The notes beneath the pieces were generated by a model, which searched no databases, was not told the origin of the DNA, and saw only the letters and a list, made by a program, of their open reading frames with translations. Made by a program: the position numbers and the translations under genes. Shown one piece after another: positions 29,811 to 39,424 of a DNA stretch of 64,000 nt; position 1 is the first letter of the stretch; the number at the start of each line of letters is the position of its first letter. The DNA is from an uncultured Acidobacteriaceae bacterium (lineage in GTDB: Bacteria > Acidobacteriota > Terriglobia > Terriglobales > Acidobacteriaceae), in contig CAWDVZ010000019.1 in NCBI GenBank assembly GCA_963805955.1, positions 49,368 through 113,367 of the forward strand, written 5' to 3'.

Positions 29811-30759
29811 CAAGATCTCCGTCGCCCTTTGCACCTACAACGGCGAACAATTTCTAAGCCGCCAATTAGAAAGTATTCAGCAGCAAACCAGGACGCCGGA
29901 TGAGTTGGTTGTCTGTGACGATTGCTCCACGGATCGCACCCTCGAGATCCTGCAGGACTTTGCCGCATTGGCTGCGTTCCCGGTGAGAATCACGCAGAAC
30001 GATGATAACCTCGGCTTCGTCGCCAATTTCGAGCGCGCCATTCAGCTTTGCCAGGGCGATCTGATTGCGTTGTGCGACCAGGACGACATCTGGTATCCCA
30101 CCCGTCTTGAGCGCTCCCTGCAGGAATTCACCGCCCATCCAGAAGTGGGATTCGTCTTTTCCGACGCGGACATTATTGACCAACAGGATCAGTTGACGGG
30201 CATGCGCCTGTGGACCAACTTTGGCTTCGTGGGCCAACGAAAAAAGCAAATGTTCAGGGGAGACTATACGGTTCTGGCCAAAAACCGGTTTGTGACTGGA
30301 GCGACCGTCATGTTTCGCAGCCGTTTACGCCAGCACTGTTTGCCTGTCGGCTCTGGCTGGCTTCATGACGAGTGGCTGGTTGCCACTGCGGCCGCTATCG
30401 CGGAAGTGAGGCCGATCGACACACCGCTGATTCGCTACCGCCAACATGCTTCGCAGCAAATAGGTCTGAGTCCGCCTCTGAGCTTCCAGGAAAGGCAGCG
30501 AAGGCACTGGAGCGAGCTTGCCAAGCAGATAGGGCTGCTACAAGAAATCTGCACCAGGTTATCTCAGCAATCTTTGACCCAAAGAGGCGAGGTTCTCTAT
30601 TCCCGCTACCAGGCTCATTTGCGCTTTGCCCGCTTCCGCTACGCCCTCCCGCAGCGCCGGCTTAGTCGACTGAGTGCAGTGCTCCATGAATACCCAACCT
30701 ACTCGGCCTTGGGGTCGGGCGTGCGGAGCATGGCGACCGATCTTGTACTAAGCCGCTAG
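29797..30759 (+). CDS. Family 2 glycosyltransferase
   Basis: ISVALCTYNGEQFL...LVVCDDCSTDRT...ALCDQDD motifs. The start overlaps the end of the upstream gene. Confidence 0.85.
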   Translation: MSSPDKISVALCTYNGEQFLSRQLESIQQQTRTPDELVVCDDCSTDRTLEILQDFAALAAFPVRITQNDDNLGFVANFERAIQLCQGDLIALCDQDDIWYPTRLERSLQEFTAHPEVGFVFSDADIIDQQDQLTGMRLWTNFGFVGQRKKQMFRGDYTVLAKNRFVTGATVMFRSRLRQHCLPVGSGWLHDEWLVATAAAIAEVRPIDTPLIRYRQHASQQIGLSPPLSFQERQRRHWSELAKQIGLLQEICTRLSQQSLTQRGEVLYSRYQAHLRFARFRYALPQRRLSRLSAVLHEYPTYSALGSGVRSMATDLVLSR

Positions 30760-30783
30760 CGGCGCAAGGGCTGTGTGAACCCG

Positions 30784-30925
30784 AAGGAAACCGCAGGTCC
30801 CTCCACTCCGCTACGCTCCGGTCGGGATGACAATTCAGTTTGGGTGCCTGGTATATTGCGCTACCAAATTAATTTGTCATCCCGACCGGAGCGTAGCGGA
30901 GTGGAGGGACCTGCGGTTTCCTTCG
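30784..30925. repeat. Family B palindromic element with perfect 51-bp inverted arms and a 40-bp spacer
   Basis: GAAGGAAACCGCAGGTCCCTCCACTCCGCTACGCTCCGGTCGGGATGACAA (30784-30834) is the exact reverse complement of 30875-30925. It lies between convergent genes, so it may also act as a terminator. Confidence 0.9.
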
Positions 30926-30939
30926 AGGTGAATGAGCCC

Positions 30940-32247
30940 CTACTTGATCACCGCGATCTTGGCCCTTTTTCCTACCCGGATCGCAATCCTGGCAGGCCGC
31001 TCCTCTACCTTGATGACCTTGCTCGTCGAGGTAACGCCATCGATCCCTACCCCCGCCGTTACCTGCCGATCCGCATCAGTACGAGAACCCTTGAGGCCGA
31101 GTTCGACCAGCAGTCTGGCAACATCGATGTCAACCGCCAAAGCACCATCACGTTCTGCCCGGTCCAGGAACGCAGCATCCGCTCGCACAACTCGCCTGAG
31201 ATCGACCACAGCTTCTTCCGCCACCGCCTCCACGTTCCGTTGCTGGAACTGCATGGCCCAATCCTCATCGGCTTTGCGTGCCGCCGCCTCCGAATGAAAC
31301 CCGGCCACGATGGTCCGCGCCAGCCGCTTCTTGGCTTCCATGGGGTGCAGGGCCCCGCTGGCAACCTCCTGTTGCATCTTCTCAATCTCGCTCTGTCGCA
31401 GGTCGGTCAGGAAAACCCAGTACCGCCACATCAGCTCATCGGAGATGGACATCAGCTTGCCGTACATCTCCTGCGCCGGCTCATGGATGCCGATCGCGTT
31501 ACCCAGCGACTTCGACATCTTCTGCACGCCATCCAGCCCCTCGATAATCGGGGTCATCAGGACAATCTGCGATGGCTGGTTATAGTGCCGTTGCAGTTCC
31601 CGCCCAATCAGCAGGTTGAACTTCTGGTCCGTGCCGCCGAGTTCCACATCCGCCCGCAGAGCCACCGAGTCATAGCCTTGCGAAAGCGGATACAGCATCT
31701 CATGCAAAGAGATCGGCTGTTCATTATTGAACCGGCGATGGAATTCCTCCCGCTCCAGCATCTGCGAGACCGTGAACCGTGCAGCCAGGCGGATGATCCC
31801 TTCAAATCCAAGCGTCGACAGCCATTCCGAGTTGAAGCGAACCTCGGTTTTTTCCCGGTCGAGTATTTTGAAAACCTGGTCGGTATAAGTTTTTGCATTC
31901 TGGGTGATTTCTTCGCTGGTAAGCGGCTTACGCGTGACCGAGCGCCCGGTGGGGTCACCGATCAGCGAGGTGAAATCGCCAATGAGGAAAATGACCTGGT
32001 GTCCTAGATCCTGAAAGTGTTTGAGCTTACGCATCAGCACCGTGTGGCCCAGGTGCAAATCGGGCGCGGTGGGGTCGAATCCCGCCTTGACGCGAAGAGG
32101 TTCGCCGGTTTTTCGGGAAAGCTCCAGACGCTCTTGCAAGTCTGACACCCGGATGATTTCCGCCGCGCCTTTCTGCAGGAGGTCAAGCTGTTCATCCACC
32201 GGCGCGAAGTCAAAATTAGCCATGTCTTCAGCAGTATAAGGTTTCAT
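30940..32247 (-). CDS. tyrS: Tyrosyl-tRNA synthetase
   Basis: HLGH and KMSKS class I motifs and a C-terminal S4-like domain. Confidence 0.95.
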   Translation of the reverse strand: MKPYTAEDMANFDFAPVDEQLDLLQKGAAEIIRVSDLQERLELSRKTGEPLRVKAGFDPTAPDLHLGHTVLMRKLKHFQDLGHQVIFLIGDFTSLIGDPTGRSVTRKPLTSEEITQNAKTYTDQVFKILDREKTEVRFNSEWLSTLGFEGIIRLAARFTVSQMLEREEFHRRFNNEQPISLHEMLYPLSQGYDSVALRADVELGGTDQKFNLLIGRELQRHYNQPSQIVLMTPIIEGLDGVQKMSKSLGNAIGIHEPAQEMYGKLMSISDELMWRYWVFLTDLRQSEIEKMQQEVASGALHPMEAKKRLARTIVAGFHSEAAARKADEDWAMQFQQRNVEAVAEEAVVDLRRVVRADAAFLDRAERDGALAVDIDVARLLVELGLKGSRTDADRQVTAGVGIDGVTSTSKVIKVEERPARIAIRVGKRAKIAVIK

Positions 32248-32252
32248 GCAAA

Positions 32253-33438
32253 ATGGGAGGAGCCATGCCAGAGGACTGGGACATCGCCCGGCTGCGAGCG
32301 GAGACAGCGGGCTGCGAACAATCGATCTTCTTCAATAACGCGGGCGCGAGCCTGCAGCCGCGGCCCGTGGTGGCTCGAGTCATCGAGCATCTTCGGCTGG
32401 AAGAGCAGATCGGGGGCTACGAAGCGGCCGATCGTGTGGAGGGCGAACTCGAGCAGTTGTACGGCAGCGTGGCCCGCCTATTACATTGCGCTCCGCAAGA
32501 AATCGCGCTCCAGGAAAACGCCACCCGGGCCTGGGAAATGGCCTTTTACGCCCTGCGTTTTGCCCCCGGCGATCGCATCGTGACCGCGGCCAACGAATAC
32601 GCCAGCAACTACATTGCATTTTTGCAGGTGGCGCAGCATACCGGAGTCGAAATTTGCGTCGTGGAAAGCGACCAGGCCGGTGAAGTGGATCTGGAGGCCC
32701 TGCGCAGGCTGCTCGACCATCGGGTGAAGTTGATCGCCCTCACCCACGTGCCCACCAATGGCGGCCTGGTACAGCCGGCGGCCCAGGTCGGCGAACAGGC
32801 CCGTCGGGCAGGCATTCCATTCCTGCTCGACGCCACCCAGTCGGCCGGGCAGATGAACCTCGACGTCGATGCCCTGGGCTGCGACATGCTCTGCGCGACC
32901 GGCCGCAAATACCTCAGGGGCCCGCGCGGCACCGGCTTTCTCTATGTGCGCAGTGTGATGCTCGAGCAGATGGAACCGCCTCTGCTGGACTTGCATGCAG
33001 CCACCTGGGTTGAGCAACGTAAATTTGAAGTCCGCAGCGACGCCAGAAAATTCGAAACCTGGGAATCGTCTGCGGCCACGCGGCTGGGCTTAGGCGTCGC
33101 CATCGAATACGCGTTGGCCTTGGGTCTGGAAAGAATCGAGCGCCGCGTTCAGGCTTTGGCCGCCCTGCTGCGGGAGCAGCTGGCAGACATCACCGGGAGT
33201 GAAGGTCCAGGACCTGGGCCGCGTTCGCAGCGGTATTGTGACCTTTACCTGCCAGGGTCGCGCGGCTGAAGAAGTGAAGCAGTGGCTGCAGGCAAACGGC
33301 ATCTCGGTGTGGGTATCTGTGTGCTCTTCCACCCTCATCGACATGGAGCAGCGGGGACTGGAGGAGCTGGTGAGGGCCTCCGTCCATTACTACAACACCG
33401 AAGGGGAGATCGATCGTCTCTGCCAGGTCTTACGCGAC
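32253..33438 (+). CDS. Class V aminotransferase / cysteine-desulfurase-like PLP enzyme. One frameshift as sequenced, and no stop codon before the next domain.
   Basis: Typical fold-type I strings ([32 protein letters not shown]). The frame changes at about 33200 (..[23 protein letters not shown]..). Confidence 0.75.
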
Positions 33439-33870
33439 ATGGATGCAGAACGTTTAAGAGAATACTTGCTGCGGTTGCCGCACGTCGCCGAGACCATGCA
33501 ATGGGGTGCCAACCTCGTCTATTGGGTAGGCGACAAAGCCATCGGAGGCAAGATGTTTGCCGTCCTGAATCTCGACGATGACCGCAAGGCTGTGTGCTCG
33601 TTTGCCGCCGGGCCGGAACGATATCCCGAGTTGCTGGAAACGGAAGGTGTCTTTCCCGCACCCTATTTGGCGCGAGCCCATTGGGTAGCAATCCAGCATT
33701 GGGGAGTCTTCCGCAGCACCGAGCTGGAAGAGCATCTCGAGTTAGCCCGCCGCCTGATCTACAACAAACTGCCCAAGAAGACCAGGGAAGCGCTGGCCCT
33801 GTCGCCCGCTGCCCAACGAAAGTTCTTAAAGGACCGAAAAAAACTACTTGCATCGCGAACGTCCCGCTAG
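33439..33870 (+). CDS. MmcQ/YjbR-family protein. In frame with, and not separated by a stop from, the upstream aminotransferase.
   Basis: [43 protein letters not shown] matches the YjbR-type N-terminus. The ATG is at 33439. Confidence 0.65.
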   Translation: MDAERLREYLLRLPHVAETMQWGANLVYWVGDKAIGGKMFAVLNLDDDRKAVCSFAAGPERYPELLETEGVFPAPYLARAHWVAIQHWGVFRSTELEEHLELARRLIYNKLPKKTREALALSPAAQRKFLKDRKKLLASRTSR

Positions 33871-33949
33871 CCGAAGATCTCTGCTTTGGGGTCGAGTAGA
33901 ACTGCAGATCCCTCCACGGCACGCCGGGACAGGTCGGCTGCGCTCGGAG

Positions 33950-35500
33950 GTTGTGACTTTTTTGGTGCGCTTTGTGGGATAAATGGTGTTGTTGGCGGGT
34001 TGAGGTAGTAAGAAGAGGTATGGGCGACATCGGGAGCGAAGTAGGTCAGAAAGGTGCGGTTCGTCTGCGCAGGCCGGAACGTCGTCAGCTGGCGATGGTA
34101 GTGCAGTGTGCCGATGATCTAGTGAGAGCGCTGCATCCTGTGCGCACAGTGATGGCGTTGGTGGAGAAGCTGGACGTGAGTGGTTTTTGTGAGCCGATCC
34201 GAGCTCGTGAGGGGATAGCGGGCCGAGATGCAACCGACCCCCGTCTGCTGGTGGGTTTATGGCTGTACGGTTGTGTGCGAGGCATAGGTTCGGCCCGGGA
34301 ACTGGCGCGTCGCTGCGAAGAAAGTGCGCCGTTTCGCTGGATGTGCGGCGGTGTAAGCGTAAATCATCACCTGTTGAGTGACTTCCGTTGCGATCACGCA
34401 GACGCCTTGGACGCCCTTTTTACCGAGGTGTTAGTGACGTTGGTGGACAAGAAGCTAGTGCGTGTGAGCCGCATCAGCCAGGATGGAGTGCGGATTCGCG
34501 TCAGCGCCGGGAGCAGCAGTTTTCGCCGGGAAGAACGCTTGCAGCAGCTGTTGGTACAAGCCCAGCAGCAAGTGTTGGAGTTGCGTAGGCAGCTGGAATC
34601 GCCGGCACAGTCGGCTGCTGTGACGGCACGGCAGAGGGCGGCGCGTACACGAGCGGCGGCGTCGCGACAGCAGCGGTTGGAGCAGGCGATAGCACAGTTG
34701 CCGGAGCTGAAGAAGAAGCAGGCGGAGGCGGCCAAGAGAGCAGGGCAAGGCAAGTGTGGGGACCAGATCCGAGCCCGGCAGCCGCGGGTAAGCACCACGG
34801 ATGCGGACATGCGGGTGATGAAGATGGCTAACGGCGGTTACAACCCGGCGGCAAATGTGCAGTTGGCCACCGACACCGAGAGTCGTGCCATCTTGGGGGT
34901 GGATGTTTGTAACGAATCTTCCGATTCGGCTGGGTTGAGCGAGCCGATGCGAGAGCAAGTGGAACAACGGACTGGTGGCAAAGTGGAGCAGCAGCTGATC
35001 GACGGCGGCTACTTGCGCATGGAGGACGTCGTGCAGGCCCACGAGCAGGAGGTGGAGTTGTTTGTGCCTCCCAAACCGGCCAGAAACCCCCAGAACCGAG
35101 GTCACGAGTTAAAACCCAAGCCGAACGATTCGGAAGCGATCCGGGCATGGAAACAACGCATGGAAAGCGATGAGGGCAAGAAGATCTACCGACAAAGGGC
35201 CGCCACCAGCGAGACCGTAAATGCTGAATTACGAACCTATCGCGGGCTGACGCCGTTGACCGTACGGGGCCTCAACAAAATCAAATGCGTGGCGCTGTGG
35301 TGCGCCTTGGCTTACAACCTAACCCACTTCAGCAAGGCCCTTCTCAGCTAAAACCGCGCTCAGCGGCAAAACAGCAAAGATCCAACACCGTCCAACCGTG
35401 AACAATCCCACCCGGGCCCGATTGCCGCTTAGCAAGCCAACCACAGCAAAACATGCGTCGATCCGCTTGCCCTAGCCACTAAACGGAATTAACTCACAAG
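33950..35500 (+). mobile_element. IS1182/IS5-like insertion sequence. Boundaries are approximate.
   Basis: Contains a single DDE transposase ORF. Short imperfect terminal inverted repeats TTGTGACTT (33951-33959) and AACTCACAA (35491-35499). Flanked by CTCGG-containing sequence on both sides, and sits between the arms of a family B palindrome. Confidence 0.65.
34020..35351 (+). CDS. IS1182-family (IS5-like) DDE transposase
   Basis: N-terminal transposase-DUF772-like region (ATDPRLLVGLWLYG..GIGSARELARRCEES..FRWMCGG), a central coiled coil, and a C-terminal DDE region (STTDADMRVMK..., LIDGGY, RQRAATSETVNAELR). Confidence 0.8.
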   Translation: MGDIGSEVGQKGAVRLRRPERRQLAMVVQCADDLVRALHPVRTVMALVEKLDVSGFCEPIRAREGIAGRDATDPRLLVGLWLYGCVRGIGSARELARRCEESAPFRWMCGGVSVNHHLLSDFRCDHADALDALFTEVLVTLVDKKLVRVSRISQDGVRIRVSAGSSSFRREERLQQLLVQAQQQVLELRRQLESPAQSAAVTARQRAARTRAAASRQQRLEQAIAQLPELKKKQAEAAKRAGQGKCGDQIRARQPRVSTTDADMRVMKMANGGYNPAANVQLATDTESRAILGVDVCNESSDSAGLSEPMREQVEQRTGGKVEQQLIDGGYLRMEDVVQAHEQEVELFVPPKPARNPQNRGHELKPKPNDSEAIRAWKQRMESDEGKKIYRQRAATSETVNAELRTYRGLTPLTVRGLNKIKCVALWCALAYNLTHFSKALLS

Positions 35501-35597
35501 CTCTCGGGATGACAAAGGAGAGGGCGGCGCTTCCATGGAGAGCGGTTGCTGAACAGAGCCGTTTTTATCCCCATTGCACAACTGAACTTAATCGAAG

Positions 35598-35763
35598 TGC
35601 CCCTCTCCCCTTTTGTCATCCCGAGCGTAGCCGACCTGTCCCGGCGTGCCGTGGAGGGATCTGCGGTTCCTTCAACCAGCATCAAAAGCTGAGGCAAGCG
35701 CCACCCTCCGAATTGTCATCCCGACCGGAGCGGAGCGAAGTGGAGAGACCTGCGGTTTCTTTC
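35598..35763 (+). repeat. Two tandem family B repeat arms (35598-35673 and 35713-35763)
   Basis: 35612-35673 is the inverted partner of 33899-33949, on the other side of the IS. The second copy resembles 30875-30925. Confidence 0.8.
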
Positions 35764-35801
35764 GATCGTTTCGGTTTGTACAATTGACTCAGGAGGAGAG
35801 G

Positions 35802-36590
35802 ATGAAAACAGGCTGCCTGCGAATTACCTGCCTACTCCTCATCATCTTCTCCCTGCATCCAACCGGCGCCCAGAACGAAGATGGCGCTGCAAACCAGAAG
35901 AAGGCCCGGGCCACGCTGGACGCCATGGTAGCCGCCCTGGGCGGCCAGAGATGGCTTACCCTCACCAGCACTATGCAGCAGGGCCGCACCTCGGGCTTTT
36001 ACCAGGGCAAGCCCACCGGCGCGACCTCAGACTTCTATGAAATCCAGAAATACCCCGACCAGGCCCGCATCGAGCTGGGCAAAAAACACGATGTGTTCGA
36101 AATTATCAGCGGAGATCAAGCCTGGGAGGTGACCTACAAGGGCAAGAAAGAACTCCCCAAGGATCAGGTCCAGGAAATCATCCGGCGTCGCCAACATTCC
36201 ATCCAGACAGCCATGCGCGTGTGGCTCAACGACCCCAGGACGGTCCTCCTCTACGGCGGCCAAAACCTGGTGGAGCGCCATTTGGCCGACCAGACCACGC
36301 TCATCAACGCAGACAATGACAGCATCACCATCCAGACCGATGCCGAGACCCATTTACCCTTGCGCCGCAGCTACCAGTGGCGCGATCCGCTTTACAAGGA
36401 CAAGAACACAGATGCGGAAGAGTACGACGACTACCACCTGGTCGAGGGCTTGCCCACCGCCTATACCCTAACCCGGTATCACAACGACGACATGACGAAT
36501 CAGCGCTTCCTCTACCGTGCCGGCTACGATGTTCCTTTGACCCCGGACATGTTTAATCCTGACCAGGCGGCGGCTAAAATCAAGAAATAG
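35802..36590 (+). CDS. Exported protein of unknown function (possibly a LolA-like fold)
   Basis: AGGAGG RBS 6-11 nt upstream of the ATG at 35802. Signal peptide MKTGCLRITCLLLIIFSLHPTGA. Confidence 0.5.
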   Translation: MKTGCLRITCLLLIIFSLHPTGAQNEDGAANQKKARATLDAMVAALGGQRWLTLTSTMQQGRTSGFYQGKPTGATSDFYEIQKYPDQARIELGKKHDVFEIISGDQAWEVTYKGKKELPKDQVQEIIRRRQHSIQTAMRVWLNDPRTVLLYGGQNLVERHLADQTTLINADNDSITIQTDAETHLPLRRSYQWRDPLYKDKNTDAEEYDDYHLVEGLPTAYTLTRYHNDDMTNQRFLYRAGYDVPLTPDMFNPDQAAAKIKK

Positions 36591-36623
36591 CCACCTCAAT
36601 GCTCTACAATATGCCCTGCAACC

Positions 36624-37175
36624 ATGGCAGACGAGAACCCCATGCCGGAACCGGTGGGCGGGCTGGACATACGCCAGATCATGGCGATTCTGCCCCACCG
36701 CTATCCCTTTCTTCTGATTGACCGCATCCTCGAAAGCAGCCGCAAAAAGCGCATCGTGGCAATCAAGAACGTGACCATCAATGAGCCGTTTTTCCAGGGC
36801 CATTTTCCTGAATACGCCATCATGCCGGGAGTGCTGATGGTGGAAGCCATCGCCCAGGCGGGTGGGGTCCTGCTGCTCCCCGAGGTTCCGGATCATGAAC
36901 ACAAGCTGTTGGTCTTCTCCGGTATCGACCGGGCTCGCTTTCGCAAAGCAGTGACGCCTGGAGATCAGCTGCGCATCGAAGTGGATGTGTTGAACTGGAG
37001 GCCTCTGGCCGCGCGGCTTGAGGGCAAGGTCTACGTAGAAGGCAAGCTGGCATGTGAAGCCACCATCATGTGCGCGGTAGTGCCCCGGCCATCCCGCATT
37101 GGCAGTGATACACCGGAAGCGCCGGCTGCCGCGGCTGCGGAGGATCCGGCTTTGGAGACGGTGAGTCACGAGTGA
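36624..37175 (+). CDS. fabZ: 3-hydroxyacyl-ACP dehydratase
   Basis: [13 protein letters not shown]...[24 protein letters not shown] signature. Confidence 0.95.
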   Translation: MADENPMPEPVGGLDIRQIMAILPHRYPFLLIDRILESSRKKRIVAIKNVTINEPFFQGHFPEYAIMPGVLMVEAIAQAGGVLLLPEVPDHEHKLLVFSGIDRARFRKAVTPGDQLRIEVDVLNWRPLAARLEGKVYVEGKLACEATIMCAVVPRPSRIGSDTPEAPAAAAAEDPALETVSHE

Positions 37176-37948
37176 GCATTCACCCAACAGCCATCGTGGC
37201 TGCTACGGCTTCCATCCCTGATTCCTGTAACGTGGGCCCCTATTGCACCATAGGTCCTGACGTCGCGCTAGGCGAGGATTGTGAACTCGTTTCCCACGTG
37301 GTTTTGGACGGCAAGACTCGCCTGGGTGCCCGCAACCGCGTCTACTCCTTCGCCTGCCTGGGCGTAGCCCCTCAGGACCTCAAGTATCGCGGCGAACCAA
37401 CTGCCCTCGAAATAGGCGACGACAACACCATCCGCGAATATGTGACCATCTCCCGCGGCACCAACGGGGGCGGCGGAACCACCCGTCTGGGCAACCACTG
37501 CCTGATCATGGCCTATACCCATATCGGTCACGACAGCACCATCGGCAACTATTGCATTCTGGCCAATGGCGCGACACTGGCCGGCCACGTCACGGTGGAG
37601 GACCACGCCAGTGTGGGTGCGCTCTGCCCTGTGCACCAGTTCTGCCGCATCGGGCAATATGCCTACGTGGGTGGGGGCACCACCATTACCCAGGATGTTC
37701 TGCCCTTCTCATTAACATCCGCCAAACGCGACACCCATGCTTACAGCCTTAACCGCATCGGGCTCGAGCGTTCCGGCTTCAGCGGGCAGCAGTTGAAAGC
37801 GCTGCAGCACGCTTACCGCATCCTCCTCGCGGCCAGGCTGAACACTTCCCAGGCGCTCGAGCGTCTGCGTAGCGAAGGCGAGCTGGACGCTTGCGTGGCC
37901 TACCTGGTCGCCTTTATCGAGCGTTCCCAGCGCGGCATCATCAAGTAG
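37172..37948 (+). CDS. lpxA: Acyl-ACP:UDP-GlcNAc O-acyltransferase
   Basis: Hexapeptide repeats and an LpxA C-terminal helical domain. The GTG start overlaps the fabZ stop. Confidence 0.9.
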   Translation: MSIHPTAIVAATASIPDSCNVGPYCTIGPDVALGEDCELVSHVVLDGKTRLGARNRVYSFACLGVAPQDLKYRGEPTALEIGDDNTIREYVTISRGTNGGGGTTRLGNHCLIMAYTHIGHDSTIGNYCILANGATLAGHVTVEDHASVGALCPVHQFCRIGQYAYVGGGTTITQDVLPFSLTSAKRDTHAYSLNRIGLERSGFSGQQLKALQHAYRILLAARLNTSQALERLRSEGELDACVAYLVAFIERSQRGIIK

Positions 37949-37955
37949 GAGCAGC

Positions 37956-38822
37956 GTGCAGCCAGAACCGATCACCAGGCTGGGACTGATTGCCGGCAAT
38001 GGGCGGTTTCCGTTTCTGCTGCTCGACGCCGCGCGCGCCCAGGGCGTTTCGGTGGTAGTCGCCGCCATCAAAGAAGAAACCGAGCCGGAGATGGACGCAC
38101 GGGCGGCGAACGATCCCGGCATCCGCGTGCATTGGCTCTCCCTGGGGGAGCTGTCACGCTTGATCGAGACCTTTCACCGCGAAGGCGTGACCCAGGCCGT
38201 GATGGCCGGCCAGGTCAGGCACAAGCAAATCTTCTCCAGCATCCGTCCTGATTGGCGCCTGGCCAAGCTGCTATTGAATCTGCGCACGCGAAACACTGAC
38301 ATGCTGCTCGGCGCCGTGGCCAAGGTTCTGAGCGATGAAGGGATTGAGCTGATCTCCTCCACCGCCTATCTGGAGCCGCTGTTGGCGAGGCCCGGGGTGT
38401 TGACCGCGCGTGCGCCCACCGCGGAGGAGCAGCAGGACCTGGCCTACGGACGCCAGGTAGCCGCCGCCCTGGCTGGCTTTGACATAGGCCAGACCGTGGT
38501 CGTCGCTGGGCAGGCCTGTGTAGCGGTCGAGGCGATGGAGGGTACCGATGCTACCATCGCGCGCGCCGGAGCGATCCTGCGCACCCTGGAGGCCGAAGGC
38601 GAAGCTTCTACATTGGAAAGGAAGCTCAGCGTAGTGAAGGTGGCCAAGCCAAATCAGGACATGCGTTTCGATGTTCCGGTGATTGGTCGCGGGACAATTG
38701 AGGCCATGCGCCTGGCCGGGGCCACATGCCTTTCGATTGAAGCTGGCCGCACCCTGATCTTCGATCTCGACAAGGTTCAGCAGTTAGCCGCCGCCGCGGG
38801 CATCGCGATCATCGCCGTGTGA
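37956..38822 (+). CDS. lpxI: UDP-2,3-diacylglucosamine pyrophosphatase LpxI (DUF1009)
   Basis: LGLIAGNGRFP N-terminus and GQTVVV..ACVAVEAMEGTDATIARAG motif. Located directly after lpxA. Confidence 0.85.
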   Translation: MQPEPITRLGLIAGNGRFPFLLLDAARAQGVSVVVAAIKEETEPEMDARAANDPGIRVHWLSLGELSRLIETFHREGVTQAVMAGQVRHKQIFSSIRPDWRLAKLLLNLRTRNTDMLLGAVAKVLSDEGIELISSTAYLEPLLARPGVLTARAPTAEEQQDLAYGRQVAAALAGFDIGQTVVVAGQACVAVEAMEGTDATIARAGAILRTLEAEGEASTLERKLSVVKVAKPNQDMRFDVPVIGRGTIEAMRLAGATCLSIEAGRTLIFDLDKVQQLAAAAGIAIIAV

Positions 38823-38846
38823 GCTAGAATCAGGTGGGAGATTCCC

Positions 38847-39401
38847 GTGAATACAAAGAGAGTAGCCTTCGTCGCAATCCTGGTGGTTCTGCTTGCCGGC
38901 GCCGCCTTGAGCCTCCGCGGAATCGCGGACGACACAGCCCTGCCACAAGCGGGTCAGATGGCCCCTGAATTTACCCTGCCGTCGCAGGATGGTTCCAACA
39001 TCAGTCTCGACAGCTTTCGTGGCAAGTGGGTAGTCCTCTATTTCTATCCCAAGGACATGACAACCGGCTGCACCATAGAAGCCCACAACTTCCAGCAGGA
39101 CATGCCCAAGTATCAACAACTGGATGCGGTGGTGGTGGGTGTGAGTGTGGACTCCACCGGCAGCCACAAGGAATTCTGTGCCAAGGAAGGCCTAAGCTTC
39201 AAGCTTCTGAGCGACCAGGACAAGAAAGTCGTAGCCCAATATGGCTCCATGGCCGACTACATGGGCGTGAAGATTGCCAAGCGCAACACCTTCCTCATCG
39301 ATCCCCAGGGCAAAATCGTGCAAGTCTGGACCGGGGTCAACCCCTCCCAGCACAGCCAGCAAGTATTGGCCGCCCTAAACGGCTACGAGAAAAAGAACTA
39401 A
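38847..39401 (+). CDS. bcp: Exported thiol peroxidase / peroxiredoxin (Bcp/AhpC-TSA family)
   Basis: WVVLYFYPKDMTTGCT peroxidatic Cys motif and an N-terminal hydrophobic signal. Confidence 0.85.
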   Translation: MNTKRVAFVAILVVLLAGAALSLRGIADDTALPQAGQMAPEFTLPSQDGSNISLDSFRGKWVVLYFYPKDMTTGCTIEAHNFQQDMPKYQQLDAVVVGVSVDSTGSHKEFCAKEGLSFKLLSDQDKKVVAQYGSMADYMGVKIAKRNTFLIDPQGKIVQVWTGVNPSQHSQQVLAALNGYEKKN

Positions 39402-39424
39402 CCAACCTTCTTTGCAACAACTCT

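Noticed and set aside
30775-32007. A 410-aa plus-strand ORF overlapping tyrS.
   Set aside because: It is a shadow ORF antisense to a gene with unambiguous HIGH/KMSKS motifs. Its 5' end is built from the family B repeat.
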